Origin: Caulobacteraceae bacterium
GTDB taxonomy: Bacteria > Pseudomonadota > Alphaproteobacteria > Caulobacterales > Caulobacteraceae
Direction of reading: 5' to 3'
Assembly (NCBI GenBank): GCA_947475465.1
Contig: CANJLK010000007.1
Span: 41,559-105,558 of the forward strand
DNA length: 64,000 bases
The position numbers and the translations under genes were made by a program. The first letter of the stretch is position 1. The number at the start of each line of letters is the position of its first letter. The notes beneath the pieces are model-generated. The model worked only from the letters and a program-made list of their open reading frames with translations. It searched no databases and was not told the origin of the DNA. Positions 54,282 to 64,000 of this stretch are shown here, piece by piece.

Positions 54282-56645
54282 GTGATCGCGACGAAGTTGC
54301 GCTGGCCCGAAAGTTTTGTCCTCGGCATCGCCGCGGGCGTGGTGACGATTGCTGTCCTGGCGCTTGTCGGCTGGAATATCGGCAGCGTCCCGCTAACCTC
54401 CGTATTCGTCGGATCCATCGCGCTCCAGCCCACCACCGCCTTGGCCCTCATCGTCGGGGCGATGGGTCTCGTGGCCGCCGTGGCGGACCGCCGCTGGTCG
54501 GCGCGGCCGGCCGGCGGCGCCTTGCTGAGCGCCTGCGTGATCTGGCTGTGGGCCTATGCCGCCCACCGTCCGTTGGCTATGGACCTGATCCTCTACCGCG
54601 ACGCCGTCCTGGCCCAGCGACCCGCGCCGCTTTGGCCCGGCCGCCCCAGCATTGTCACCTGCATCGTGATCGCGCTCTTCGGGGCATCGCTCCTTGTCGC
54701 CGGCGTGCGCGGAAGACGCCTTCGACTGACGGCGGTCGCGGCGGCCAGCGCCGGGGGGCTTTTGTCGACGATCTCCATCCAGCCCTTCTTGTTGCAGGAT
54801 CCCTCGCAGATCTCGATCCTCCACCAGAGCCTGCGGATCGCGCTGAACACGACTCTTGCCGTGGGCGCTCTTTGCTCGGGCGTGCTGATCTTGATGCGCG
54901 ACACCGGCTGGGTGCGGGCGATCACCAGCCCTGGCGACCATGGCCGGATCGCGCGCCTGCTGGCGCCCGTGGCGCTGGTGCCGGTCGCGATCGGAGCTGT
55001 CGCCAGTATCGGGGTGCTGTCCGGGACTTATGGCCCGGACGTCCGGATGATGCTGATCATCGTGCTCAGCGCCTGCGTCCTGATGGTTCTGACCTTCTGG
55101 GCCGCGCGTCAGCTGAGCGATGAGCGCCGCGAGCGCGACAGCCTCCTGGCCGCGCTCGACAGTTCAACCGTCATTGTGGTCGGTGACGATGGCTGTATTC
55201 GACACTGGCCGGCGGCCTGCGAGCGTCTCTACGGCTGGACGGCGGCCGAGGCCGTCGGCTGCCTGCCCAAGGATTTGCTCGTCGCTGAGGGCGAGGGGGT
55301 TGATCCCGAAGTGCCGGTGGCGATCCAGAGGGACGGCGAGTGGCGCGGCGAGGCGAGGCACCGGACGAAGTCGGGTGGCCTGCTCTGGGTGGCGGTCCAC
55401 GTTGCCCGCCTGGCGGACGGACCCGATGGCCGGACACGCACGGTCGGCACGATCAGCGACATCACCAAGTTGAAGCTTGTCGAAGCCTCCCTTCGCGAGA
55501 GCCAGGAGCGCCTCACCCTGGCGATCGGCGGATATGACCTGGGCATCGCCGATGTCGATGTGGCCACCGACACGGTGATCGCAGAGGCGGGGATGGAGGA
55601 AATATTCGGGGTCGGCCCGGGGGAATTGAACGGATCGCTCAACAAATTTCGGGCGACAATCGTCACCGACGACCTGGCGGCCACCCTGCGCGAGGCCAAC
55701 GCGGGCATCTTCCACGGGCAAAGCAGCCAGATCGACGACATCCGCATTCGGCGCGGCGACGGCGCGGTGCGCGACCTGCACGGCGTGGGCCGCTTCCTCT
55801 ATTCGGCTGACGGTGTCCACGAGCGGACCATCGCCATTTACCGCGATGTCACCGAGGAAAAGCGGAACCAGCAGGAGGTGGCCCAGCGCGAAGAGCTGCT
55901 GGGCGAACTGCGTCTTGAGCTCAACCATGTGGCCCGGCTCTCGGCCATGGGGGAGATGGCCGCCGCCCTGGCGCACGAACTCAACCAACCCCTGACCGCC
56001 ATCAGCAATTCGGTGGGCGCGCTGAAGATCAAGCTGGGGGATGGGGCCCGAGCGCTGGACGATACCGCCCGCGCCCGCGTCATGCGCGCGGCCGACCAGG
56101 CCGAGGGCCAGGCCGTGCGCGCCGGCGAGATCGTGCGGCGCCTGCGTGACTTCATCGCCCGCGGCGAGGCCGACGCGCGGATCGAGGAATTGGCCCCGAT
56201 GATCGAGGACTCGGTCGCCCTGGCCGCCCCGCACGCCAAGGCGGAACAGGTCGAGATCCGATTGAACCTGTCGCCGGCAGCCGACCGCGTGCTGGCCGAC
56301 AAGATCCAGATCCAGCAGATCCTGGTGAATCTCATCCGCAATGCGTCCGAGGCCATGCGCGAGACGCCACAGCCGCACATCCTGTCGATCTCCACAGCCC
56401 TGAGGCACGGAATGGCCGAGATTTGCGTTCGGGACACCGGCCCCGGGATCGCACCGGAGGTGGCCGAGAAGCTGTTCTCGCCCTTCCTCTCCACCAAGGC
56501 CGCCGGCATGGGCGTTGGCCTGTCGATCTGCCGGAGGATCGTCGAGACCCACGGCGGCGAGATGTGGCTCCAGGATGGCGAGGCGGGCGCCGACTTCCGG
56601 TTCACCATTCCGCTAGTGTCAGAGGAGTTGGCCGATGTCGGCTAG
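54282..56645 (+). CDS. Membrane-bound PAS-PAS sensor histidine kinase (FixL-like kinase core)
   Basis: About 7 TMs, two PAS-like domains, RLSAMGEMAAALAHELNQPL, QIQQILVNLIRNA, GMGVGLSICRRIVE; GGAGG RBS before GTG 54282. Confidence 0.9.
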   Translation: MIATKLRWPESFVLGIAAGVVTIAVLALVGWNIGSVPLTSVFVGSIALQPTTALALIVGAMGLVAAVADRRWSARPAGGALLSACVIWLWAYAAHRPLAMDLILYRDAVLAQRPAPLWPGRPSIVTCIVIALFGASLLVAGVRGRRLRLTAVAAASAGGLLSTISIQPFLLQDPSQISILHQSLRIALNTTLAVGALCSGVLILMRDTGWVRAITSPGDHGRIARLLAPVALVPVAIGAVASIGVLSGTYGPDVRMMLIIVLSACVLMVLTFWAARQLSDERRERDSLLAALDSSTVIVVGDDGCIRHWPAACERLYGWTAAEAVGCLPKDLLVAEGEGVDPEVPVAIQRDGEWRGEARHRTKSGGLLWVAVHVARLADGPDGRTRTVGTISDITKLKLVEASLRESQERLTLAIGGYDLGIADVDVATDTVIAEAGMEEIFGVGPGELNGSLNKFRATIVTDDLAATLREANAGIFHGQSSQIDDIRIRRGDGAVRDLHGVGRFLYSADGVHERTIAIYRDVTEEKRNQQEVAQREELLGELRLELNHVARLSAMGEMAAALAHELNQPLTAISNSVGALKIKLGDGARALDDTARARVMRAADQAEGQAVRAGEIVRRLRDFIARGEADARIEELAPMIEDSVALAAPHAKAEQVEIRLNLSPAADRVLADKIQIQQILVNLIRNASEAMRETPQPHILSISTALRHGMAEICVRDTGPGIAPEVAEKLFSPFLSTKAAGMGVGLSICRRIVETHGGEMWLQDGEAGADFRFTIPLVSEELADVG

Positions 56646-57348
56646 GCGAATCCTTCATATCGTCGACGATGACGACGATGTTCGAGAATCCGCGGCTCTG
56701 CTGCTGGAGGCAGCCGGATTCGAGGTCGTCGCCCACGCCTCGGGCGTCGCCTTCCTCGAGGACTTGGATCCGGCGGTCCCGGCCTGCGTGCTTCTGGACA
56801 TCCACATGCCGCAGATGGACGGCATCGAGGTCCAGCGCCAGCTGGCGGCGCGAGGGATCGCCTTTCCGGTCATCGTCCTCACCGGCCGGGGCGACATCTC
56901 CAGCGCGGTGCAGGCGATGAAGAACGGCGCCTTCGAGTTCCTCGAAAAGCCCTACGTCAACGAAATCCTGATGGCTGCCGTGGCCGACGCCTTCGGCAAG
57001 CTGGAGGCGACCACCGAGGATCGGGCGGCCACCGCAGAGGCGCGCGAGCGCGTGGCCAAGCTCACCAACCGCGAGACCCAGGTCATGCGCGCCCTCTTGG
57101 GCGGACTGCCGAACAAGCTGATCGCGCACGAGCTCGACATCAGCATCCGCACCGTCGAGGTGCATCGCGCCAATGTCATGGAGAAGCTGCACGCCGGTAG
57201 CCTGTCCACGGCCGTGCGCATAGCCCTGGCCGCGGGTATCCAACCCTTGGCGTCCGGCGGCGGCCGCGGCTCGGCGGCGGGGTCGAGTAGGCTGCAGCAG
57301 GCGCCGCGCCTGCAAGCTGCAGCTTGCGCCCAACGGTCTGGCCGCTAG
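56635..57348 (+). CDS. FixJ-like response regulator (REC + LuxR HTH)
   Basis: HIVDDD, LLDIHMP, FLEKP, LTNRETQV...NKLIAHELDISIRTVEVHRANVMEKL. Confidence 0.93.
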   Translation: MSARRILHIVDDDDDVRESAALLLEAAGFEVVAHASGVAFLEDLDPAVPACVLLDIHMPQMDGIEVQRQLAARGIAFPVIVLTGRGDISSAVQAMKNGAFEFLEKPYVNEILMAAVADAFGKLEATTEDRAATAEARERVAKLTNRETQVMRALLGGLPNKLIAHELDISIRTVEVHRANVMEKLHAGSLSTAVRIALAAGIQPLASGGGRGSAAGSSRLQQAPRLQAAACAQRSGR

Positions 57349-57371
57349 CCTGCGGGCGCAGGGGACCAACC

Positions 57372-58025
57372 ATGAGCGAACTCATCGAACACCAGCCGCC
57401 GTCGCCGGCCACAGGCGCAGGCGCGCCCTGGGCGCAGCTTCAGACCCTGCTGGTGGCGGGCGAGACGGTGGTCGCCTTCGCCTTGCAGCACCGCCTCTAC
57501 GCCCTGATCCACCGCCGTCAGGTCGCAGCGGCCACCAGCGGTCGCTTCATCTTCCTAAAGCGTCCCCTGCTTGGCGGTTACCTGCCGCTGGACGTCCGCT
57601 GGCAGGATGTGAAGGACGTCCAGATCACGGTCGGCATGTTCACCGCCGCCGTCGTCCTGACCTACAGCGCCAACCTGTCCGATACCGCCGAGGGTGAGGG
57701 CGAGGTCCACGCGCTGCGCGTCGCCAGCCTGAAGATCGAGGCGGCCCAGGCGCTTTACAGGGAATGCCAGGCCCAGGGTCAGGCCTGGCGCGAGAAGCGC
57801 CGCGTCCGGTCCATCGAGGAGATGCGGGCCCAGTCCGGCGGAGTGCAGATCGCCACCGGCGTCTATCCGCAGGCCGACCTGGCCGGGGATCGCTCGAAGA
57901 TCGGCGCAGCGCCGCACGACGACCCTGCGACACGCCTTAGCCGAGCCAAGGCCATGCTGGACCAGGGCCTCATCACCGACCCCGAATTCGAGGCCATCAA
58001 GGCCAAGGTGATCGGCGGGCTCTAG
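57372..58025 (+). CDS. Bacterial PH-like domain plus C-terminal SHOCT domain protein
   Basis: C-terminal RLSRAKAMLDQGLITDPEFEAIKAKVI (SHOCT). Confidence 0.75.
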   Translation: MSELIEHQPPSPATGAGAPWAQLQTLLVAGETVVAFALQHRLYALIHRRQVAAATSGRFIFLKRPLLGGYLPLDVRWQDVKDVQITVGMFTAAVVLTYSANLSDTAEGEGEVHALRVASLKIEAAQALYRECQAQGQAWREKRRVRSIEEMRAQSGGVQIATGVYPQADLAGDRSKIGAAPHDDPATRLSRAKAMLDQGLITDPEFEAIKAKVIGGL

Positions 58026-58204
58026 CATCCGCACTCCGGACGGACCCGCGCCTCAGCGCCTGCCCCGGTTGCGGGTTGGCGGCTCGGGCGCGGGGCCGCG
58101 GCGTCCTTGGACGGCTGGCTTGATCGAGCGCAAGGCCGGGCTCTCGATCTTGCCTAGGCTCGATCTCTCCGTCGCCGAAGGCGACCTCCCAGGACGGCCA
58201 AAGC

Positions 58205-58444
58205 ATGACCCACACGCCCCACGAACTGCACGAGGAATTCCCCCAGCAGGCCGCCGCGCTCACGGCGCTGAAGGCCGACCCGCGTTTCGCCAAGCTGGCG
58301 GACGCCTACCATGAGCTGAACCGCGCCGTGCACCGCATGGAGACCAACATCGAGGCGGTGGCCGACCACATCCTGGAAGACGCCAAGAAAAAGCGCCTGG
58401 AGCTGAAGGACGAGATCGCGACCTTCCTTGCCCGCGTTGCCTGA
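58205..58444 (+). CDS. DUF465/YdcH family small coiled-coil protein
   Basis: MTHTPHELHEEFP...RFAKLADAYHELNRAVHRME...KKKRLELKDEI. Confidence 0.88.
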   Translation: MTHTPHELHEEFPQQAAALTALKADPRFAKLADAYHELNRAVHRMETNIEAVADHILEDAKKKRLELKDEIATFLARVA

Positions 58445-58539
58445 CCCCGTTTTCTGACGGTTGACGGCGGCGCCGCCGCGGCATCGTCTAGGCCTCCAGA
58501 AAGCAGGGCCGAGAACCTTGCGTGCGGAGGGAAGAGACG

Positions 58540-59451
58540 ATGTTTGCGGCGCCGCCGGTTTTGGAGACCACCGTCTTCGCGACGATCCCCAAGAGCCCCA
58601 AAGCCGGGACCTCCGCCTGGTTCGACATGCAGCCGGGAATGCCGCCGACGCTGGGCAGCTTCATCGAGGGCCCGTCGTTCGACCGCGCCGGCAATCTGTG
58701 GATCGTCGATATCCCCTACGGGCGCCTGTTCCGGATCGGCCCGGACGGCGACGTGAGCCTCGCCCTCGAGTACGACGGCTGGCCAAACGGCCTCAAGTTC
58801 CACCGCGACGGCCGCGCCTTCATCGCCGACAACAAGCACGGGATCATGGTCTTCGATCCGGCCACCGGGGCGATCGCGCCGCATCTGGCGCGTGGCCACA
58901 TGGAGCGCTTCAAGGGGCTGAACGACCTCCTCTTCGCCAGCAACGGCGATCTCTACTTCACCGACCAGGGCGACTCCGGCCTGCAGGACCCCAGCGGCCG
59001 GCTCTACCGGCTGCGCGCCGACGGGCCGCTTGAGATCGTGCTCGACGGCCTGCCGAGCCCCAACGGCCTCGTATTGAGCCTTGACGAGAAGACCCTCTAT
59101 CTCTGCGTCACCCGCGACAACGCGGTCTGGCGGGTTCCGCTCATGCCGGGCGCGCCGCCCACCAAGGTCGGCGCCTTCATCCGCCTGTCCGGCGGGGTGG
59201 GGCCCGACGGCATCGCCATCGACGAGGCGGGCAACCTCGCCGTCTGCCATCCAGGCCTGGGATCGGTGTGGCTGTTCAGTCCGGTGGGCGAGCCACTCTA
59301 CCGCATCAAGTCCCAGACGGGCCCGGTGACCACCAACTGCGCCTATGGCGGGGCGGGCGGGAAGGCCCTCTTCATCACCGAATCCATCACCGGCACGGTG
59401 CTCCAGGCGCAATTGCCGGTGGCCGGAAAGGCGATGTTTTCCCACACCTAG
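58540..59451 (+). CDS. SMP-30/gluconolactonase/LRE family protein
   Basis: FIEGPSFD, PNGL, FKGLNDL, FTDQG, GPDGIAID, TNCAYGG. Confidence 0.92.
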   Translation: MFAAPPVLETTVFATIPKSPKAGTSAWFDMQPGMPPTLGSFIEGPSFDRAGNLWIVDIPYGRLFRIGPDGDVSLALEYDGWPNGLKFHRDGRAFIADNKHGIMVFDPATGAIAPHLARGHMERFKGLNDLLFASNGDLYFTDQGDSGLQDPSGRLYRLRADGPLEIVLDGLPSPNGLVLSLDEKTLYLCVTRDNAVWRVPLMPGAPPTKVGAFIRLSGGVGPDGIAIDEAGNLAVCHPGLGSVWLFSPVGEPLYRIKSQTGPVTTNCAYGGAGGKALFITESITGTVLQAQLPVAGKAMFSHT

Positions 59452-59491
59452 ACGGCTGACGGCGGGGCCTGCCGGGCCTTGTAGCGCCCCG

Positions 59492-60214
59492 TCAGTGTTG
59501 AGCGCCGAACATCGCCCTGCGACGGCGCAGGGTTGCGCCGGCGAGACCGAAGGCGCCGATTATCAGGGCCCAGACCGAAGGCTCCGGCACGGGGTCCGTT
59601 TCGGAGGTTAAAGAGGCGCGGAAACCTGTTGAATCATCGTTGTAATTTCTGTTGGAGCCCCAGCCTACCAGGAAGTCGAGGTAGTCGCCGGCGCCGAGGG
59701 TCACAGCCAGGTTGTAGGATGCGGTCTGCCCGTAGCCGTTCACCAGGCCGGAGGCGAGGCTCACGCCGTTCCGGAGGACATGCACGTCGGTGGTGGTCCC
59801 CACCAGATCGATCCCGGCGAAGGTGACGTTGAGCAGGCCGCTGAACGACATCGCCGTCGTGTAGCGGACATCGGCGAAGGCGCCGGTCGGGCCCGGGTGC
59901 AGCAGTCCCTGGCCCGCCGCCAGGACGATGGCGTCATTGGCCCCGAAGGCCACGGTCCCGCTGCCGGTGTTCAGCGCGACGGTGGGCCAGAAGGTCCCTG
60001 TCGGGTTCCACGCCTCGACGACGCCGACGTAGGTGGTATGCGCCGTCAGCGGGGTGAACGATCCCCCGATGCCTGTGGCCAGGCCATAGCTCCATCCTGA
60101 CGCGGGGTTGGACGACGATGAGAAGTCCGCCGCGAAGTCCGCGACAGTCGCCGCCGACGCCCGGGCCGTCAGGGCAAGCAGGGCCGCGCAGGTGAAGATC
60201 GCCAGTCTGGACAT
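59492..60214 (-). CDS. PEPxxWA-CTERM sorting-domain protein
   Basis: Signal peptide; C-terminal VPEPSVWALIIGAFGLAGATLRRRR; AGAGGA RBS. Confidence 0.92.
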   Translation of the reverse strand: MSRLAIFTCAALLALTARASAATVADFAADFSSSSNPASGWSYGLATGIGGSFTPLTAHTTYVGVVEAWNPTGTFWPTVALNTGSGTVAFGANDAIVLAAGQGLLHPGPTGAFADVRYTTAMSFSGLLNVTFAGIDLVGTTTDVHVLRNGVSLASGLVNGYGQTASYNLAVTLGAGDYLDFLVGWGSNRNYNDDSTGFRASLTSETDPVPEPSVWALIIGAFGLAGATLRRRRAMFGAQH

Positions 60215-60262
60215 ATGGATTTCCTCTTGAGCCCCGAGCGGGCAGGGCGCTCGCTAGGCCGG

Positions 60263-61357
60263 TCACGGCTTCAACAGCGCCGTCATGGCGCTGTTGGCGG
60301 CGCCGATCATCGACTGCACCTCGGCCCGGTAGGCGGTGGGGTTGTCCAGGCGGGCGACGAAGCTGAACTGGAAGTCCGCGCCGGGATTGAACAGGCCGCC
60401 CAGGCTGCTGCTGGAGGTCATGCTGAAATCGTCGGAACTGCCCGCCAGCGACTGGGCCAGGCGCACGACCACATCGCCGTCCTTGGCCGGCGCGGGCCTC
60501 GTTACGGGGACCTTTTGCCACTTGTTGTTGCCGTCGGGGGTCCGGAAGGCGATGCGGGTCTGATCGGCCAGCAGGCCGACCTCGGCCTCGGCGGTTCCTT
60601 CGCCGCTCTCGCGCCCGGGCGATGACGGGCCGGTGTTCAGGCGTTCGCGCCGGCGCGACGCCGTGGCCTGCCCGAGGGTGACCACATAGAAGGCCTTCAC
60701 CACGTGGGCGTTGAGTTCCTTGGCCATCTGCACTTCCAGCCCGGGTAGTTTCCAGGTCGAGCCGATGGTGATGACGCTGGGGCCGCCGGGGGTCGTGCTC
60801 TTGCCGCCCATCTTCGACACCCAGCCGATATAGCTCTTCGGCTGCTCGAAGATGCTGCCCTCCATGGCGTAGGGTAGGTAGGGCGCGAGCGGCGGCGGGC
60901 TGACCAGGGTGGCGTCGCCCAGGGCGTTGCCGAACCGGGTGAAGTTGGGGTTCGCCGCCGCCTTGACGATCTGCTGGTAGCTGGCGTTGGCGGTGACCTC
61001 GGCCTCCGGGACGATGTTGAAGCCCGCGGCGACCAGGCCGGCCTTTAGCTGGCGGTAGGCTTCCGCGGCGATGGCCGCCTGAAGCTCAGGGTCCATCTCC
61101 GGCAGGGCCAGCACGGTCTGGGCGGAGGTCTTGTCGGCGAACATGCCGTTGCCCTGGGCCTTGGTCCCGGCGACGGAGGCCTGGAACGAGACGATGACGC
61201 TGGCGATGGCGACCCGCCGTGTGGCGGCCAGGCCCGTCGCGGCGGAATCCGTGTACGCGGCGGTGGCGGCCGGCGCCGGGGACGCCTGGCTCCACGCCGC
61301 CGACGGCGCCGTCGCGGCGGCGAGGGCAAGCGCGAGAGCGGCCATGGGCTTGAACAT
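60263..61357 (-). CDS. Secreted hypothetical protein
   Basis: Signal peptide MFKPMAALALALAAATAPSAAWSQA; genome-like codon usage. Confidence 0.75.
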   Translation of the reverse strand: MFKPMAALALALAAATAPSAAWSQASPAPAATAAYTDSAATGLAATRRVAIASVIVSFQASVAGTKAQGNGMFADKTSAQTVLALPEMDPELQAAIAAEAYRQLKAGLVAAGFNIVPEAEVTANASYQQIVKAAANPNFTRFGNALGDATLVSPPPLAPYLPYAMEGSIFEQPKSYIGWVSKMGGKSTTPGGPSVITIGSTWKLPGLEVQMAKELNAHVVKAFYVVTLGQATASRRRERLNTGPSSPGRESGEGTAEAEVGLLADQTRIAFRTPDGNNKWQKVPVTRPAPAKDGDVVVRLAQSLAGSSDDFSMTSSSSLGGLFNPGADFQFSFVARLDNPTAYRAEVQSMIGAANSAMTALLKP

Positions 61358-61417
61358 TTTCAATGTCTTTCAGTCTGCTCCACGCCTCGTCCGACGCGGC
61401 GGATATCGATGTTCCGG

Positions 61418-61493
61418 CAATTGGGGGGTAGTCCTCGAGGCCCGCGGCGGTCAGCCCCATTTGGGGTAGGGCGGCCAATTCCATTTGGGGTAG
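61418..61493. promoter_or_regulatory. Direct-repeat operator array in a divergent promoter
   Basis: CCATTTGGGGTAG at 61457-61469 and 61481-61493 (identical), plus variant CAATTGGGGGGTAG at 61418-61431. Confidence 0.65.
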
Positions 61494-61532
61494 ACGGGTT
61501 GGGAGCGGCCGCGTTCTCGGGATATTGGCGCC

Positions 61533-63367
61533 ATGACCCTCGCGGCCGAATTCCTGAAGCGCTTTCGCGCCGCTGAGCGCGACGGTGACCCCACGGTCGC
61601 GCTGCTGGACGATCCGGTCGGCTTCGGCGCGGCCATGGAATTTCGCACCGAGGAGCTCGACCGGGCCCTGGCCCAGGCGGTCGAGGGCGATTTTGGCGCG
61701 CCGGCGATCCTGAACCAGGAAGGCTTCGCCTCCGCGGCCTGTGACCGCGATGGCGCGGTGATCCACGCCGGGCCCCGCTTCCAGGACTGGTTCCGCGACG
61801 CGGACCTGTTCAGCGCCACGCTGGCGGGCCTGGCCGCGGATCGGCCCAACGTCTCCCTGCTCACCCACGACCGCACTGGGCGGCCGGTCGCCGTGGCCGC
61901 GGGAATGGCGTCCGTCGCCCTGAACTGGCCCCTCGACAGCGGCGTTCGCGCCGCCCTCGAAGCGACACCCGGCGGCCTGGCTGTCGTGGCCTTCCAGCCG
62001 AGCGGCTATTCCTGGGAGCGGGTCCGCGACGCCTACGGCCTGACGGCGGCGGAGGGGCTTCTGGTGGCGGCCCTGGCGCGGCACGGCGACCTTCAGCGGG
62101 CGCCTATGAGACGGCCCGCAAGTTCGTCGCCTCGGCCATGCGCAAGACTGGCGCCCGGCGGCAGACGGAACTGATGCGCCAGGCCCTCAATGTCGCCGCC
62201 GGCGAAATCGCCGAGCCCACGCAGTTCACCCCCATGCTGCGCGATCTCTTCGGCCTGTCGCAAGGTCAGGCCGACCTCGCCGTCCTGCTTTCCCGGGGCA
62301 TGACGCGGGAAGGCGCCGGCGCACACCTGGGCCTGTCTGCCAACCAGACCAAGGCCGCCCTCAAGTCGATCTTCGAATCCTGCGGCGTGGCGAGCGCCGT
62401 TGACCTGGCCCGCATCGTATCGGAGGTCAGCGCGCTCGAGGGCCTGGCCACCGCCTGCCACGTCGCCCTCAAGTCGTCGGGGGAGGCGACCGAACCCCTG
62501 CGGCTGGTGCCGCGAAGGCGAGGCGAGGGCGCCATCGCGGTGGTCGACTACGGACCGCCCGGCGCCCGGCCGGTGCTGATCTTCCACGGCGGAAGCAGCG
62601 GGCGGACCCAGTTCAGGGGCTTTATCGGCGCCCTCCAGACGGCGGGCCGGCGGCCGATCAGCATCGAGCGGTCAGGCTTTGGCCTGTCGTCCTTCGTCGC
62701 CGGCGATCCCGTGGCGACAGCCGTCCAGGATATCGCCGACGTCCTGGACGCCTTGGGGATCGGGCGCGCCCCGGCCATCGCGCTCAGCACCTTCGCCGCC
62801 GTCGTGGCCTGCGCGGCCCAGAATGCCGGGCGGGTGACGGGCGGGGTGATCATCAATCCCGATCCGCCGACCGTGATCGATCCCTCCGTGGGCCACAGGC
62901 TCCTGAACTATATGAAGATCCTGATGGGCGCCTATCCGGACCTGGGGGCGCGGTTCATCCGGTTGCTCTACCGGCGGGCGACCTCGGCCTCGATCGCGCG
63001 GTCCTTCCGAAGCGTCGCCAAGGGATCGCCCTCGGACGAGGCGCTGTTCGACGCGCCCGATTGCCTGGCGGATTTCGAGCGCGGCGCCCGCCAGGCCGCC
63101 GTGGGCGAGCGCGGCGTGATCAACGAGATGCGGGCCCTGATCCACGGCCCCCAGCCCGATCCGGTCGCCGAGTCCAGCGCCTGGACGATCCTCTTCGGCG
63201 CCCAGGACCGCACCCTCGATGTGCCGTACGGCCAGGCGCACTGGCGTGAGAAACTCCCCTCCGCCCGGGTCGAAGTCATAGCCAACGGCGGCCACTGGCT
63301 GCACGCCAGCCATCCCGCCCTCGTGGCCGCGGCCCTGTTGCGGCAGACCCGGACCTCGCCGACCTAG
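61533..63367 (+). pseudogene. LuxR-HTH (x2) / alpha-beta hydrolase fusion regulator, frameshifted near 62100
   Basis: ORF1 ends YGLTAAEGLLVAALARHGDLQRA; another frame continues AYETARKFVASAMRKTGARRQTEL, then a second HTH and a hydrolase domain (PVLIFHGG, ILFGAQD, GGHW). Confidence 0.8.
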
Positions 63368-63465
63368 ATCTGCCTACCGGCCGGGGCAGGCGCGTCTCGT
63401 GAATCCATGAGAGGAGGCGAAGGCAAGCCCCTCCACCTCGTCCTCAGGCGCCACGTATGACGCGG

Positions 63466-64000
63466 CTAGAACTTGCGGGTCAGCTTGATCCCATAGGTTA
63501 TGGGCTTGCCGATGTAGAAGTTCTGGCCGTTGCCGCCCAGGTTGGCCCCGGCTTGCGCATACTTCGTGCTGGCGAGGTTCTTGCCGTAGATCGTGGCGCT
63601 CCAATCCTTCGCCGCCGCCTCGAAGGTCAGGCTGGCGTCGACCAGGGTATAGGCCTTCTGATCGTTGGTCGGCGTGTTCAGGTCATCGAAGAAATAGTGG
63701 CTGGTGTAGGACGCGCCCAGGCGGCCCGAAAGGGTCCCCATGTCGCCCAGGTCCCCGTGATAGTTGAGGCTGGCGCCAGCGGTGGAGTCCGGAACCCGGT
63801 TGAATTTCAGGTCCGAGACCGGCGCGTAGGCGGTGTAGACGCCGGCGGCGTTGGTCAGGCCGGTGAAGCTGTCGTACTTGGCGTCGACATAACCGTAGAC
63901 CGCGTTGAGGCTCCAGTTCTCATTCAGGTTGGCGACGCCCTCCAGTTCGATGCCCTTGATCGTCGCGGTGGCGGCGTTGAAGGTCGACTGGATGACCCCC
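63466..64000 (-). CDS. TonB-dependent receptor, C-terminal part (5'-truncated by window)
   Basis: Amphipathic beta-strands (NAATATIKGIELE, AYTLVDASL, IYGKNL), terminal YGIKLTRKF. Confidence 0.9.
   Translation of the reverse strand, partial: GVIQSTFNAATATIKGIELEGVANLNENWSLNAVYGYVDAKYDSFTGLTNAAGVYTAYAPVSDLKFNRVPDSTAGASLNYHGDLGDMGTLSGRLGASYTSHYFFDDLNTPTNDQKAYTLVDASLTFEAAAKDWSATIYGKNLASTKYAQAGANLGGNGQNFYIGKPITYGIKLTRKF

Noticed and set aside
57240-57348. Extra C-terminal domain on the FixJ-like regulator
   Set aside because: Low-complexity tail without motif; likely stop-codon drift.
1-64000. tRNA, rRNA, prophage or integrase genes
   Set aside because: None recognisable by eye; a tRNAscan-SE or Rfam scan would be needed to exclude small RNAs.

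Overview
High-GC alphaproteobacterial chromosome segment, most consistent with Caulobacteraceae (Phenylobacterium/Caulobacter-like). The evidence for this is fliM-pflI-motE, a cckA-type hybrid kinase, a CtrA box, a GTTC-N7-GTTC LexA box and EcfG/sigmaT promoters. The first 16.5 kb is a flagellar class II cluster (fliM, pflI, motE, TPR/MotK-like, fliP/fliO, flgBC-fliE, fliQR-flhB, cckA). Accessory genes interrupt it twice, and the interruptions are marked by CGTC-tagged palindromic repeat doublets. The most striking structure is at 4.7-7.15 kb. A small stand-alone GIY-YIG nuclease gene and an orphan cytochrome P450 gene are each bracketed by their own subtype-matched pair of ~123-bp doublets (two 31-32 bp hairpin arms around a 59-62 bp spacer). 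More doublets lie at 9.56 kb and 19.46 kb. This resembles the REP/RAYT arrangement but has a GIY-YIG nuclease instead of an HUH transposase. The rest of the window holds an SOS-boxed hypothetical gene, an EmrAB-NodT efflux operon, an interleaved CHASE2-PP2C/STAS/RsbW partner-switching cluster with FecR, OmpA, MBL and a K+ channel, pepP-like/prmA/uvrD housekeeping genes, an ECF sigma-FecR-TonB receptor operon with two secreted acetamidase/formamidase paralogues, and a FixLJ-like pair. Three genes are broken: a VOC protein, a PEP-CTERM remnant and a LuxR-alpha/beta-hydrolase fusion. All product calls come from motif recognition only; no database search was run.
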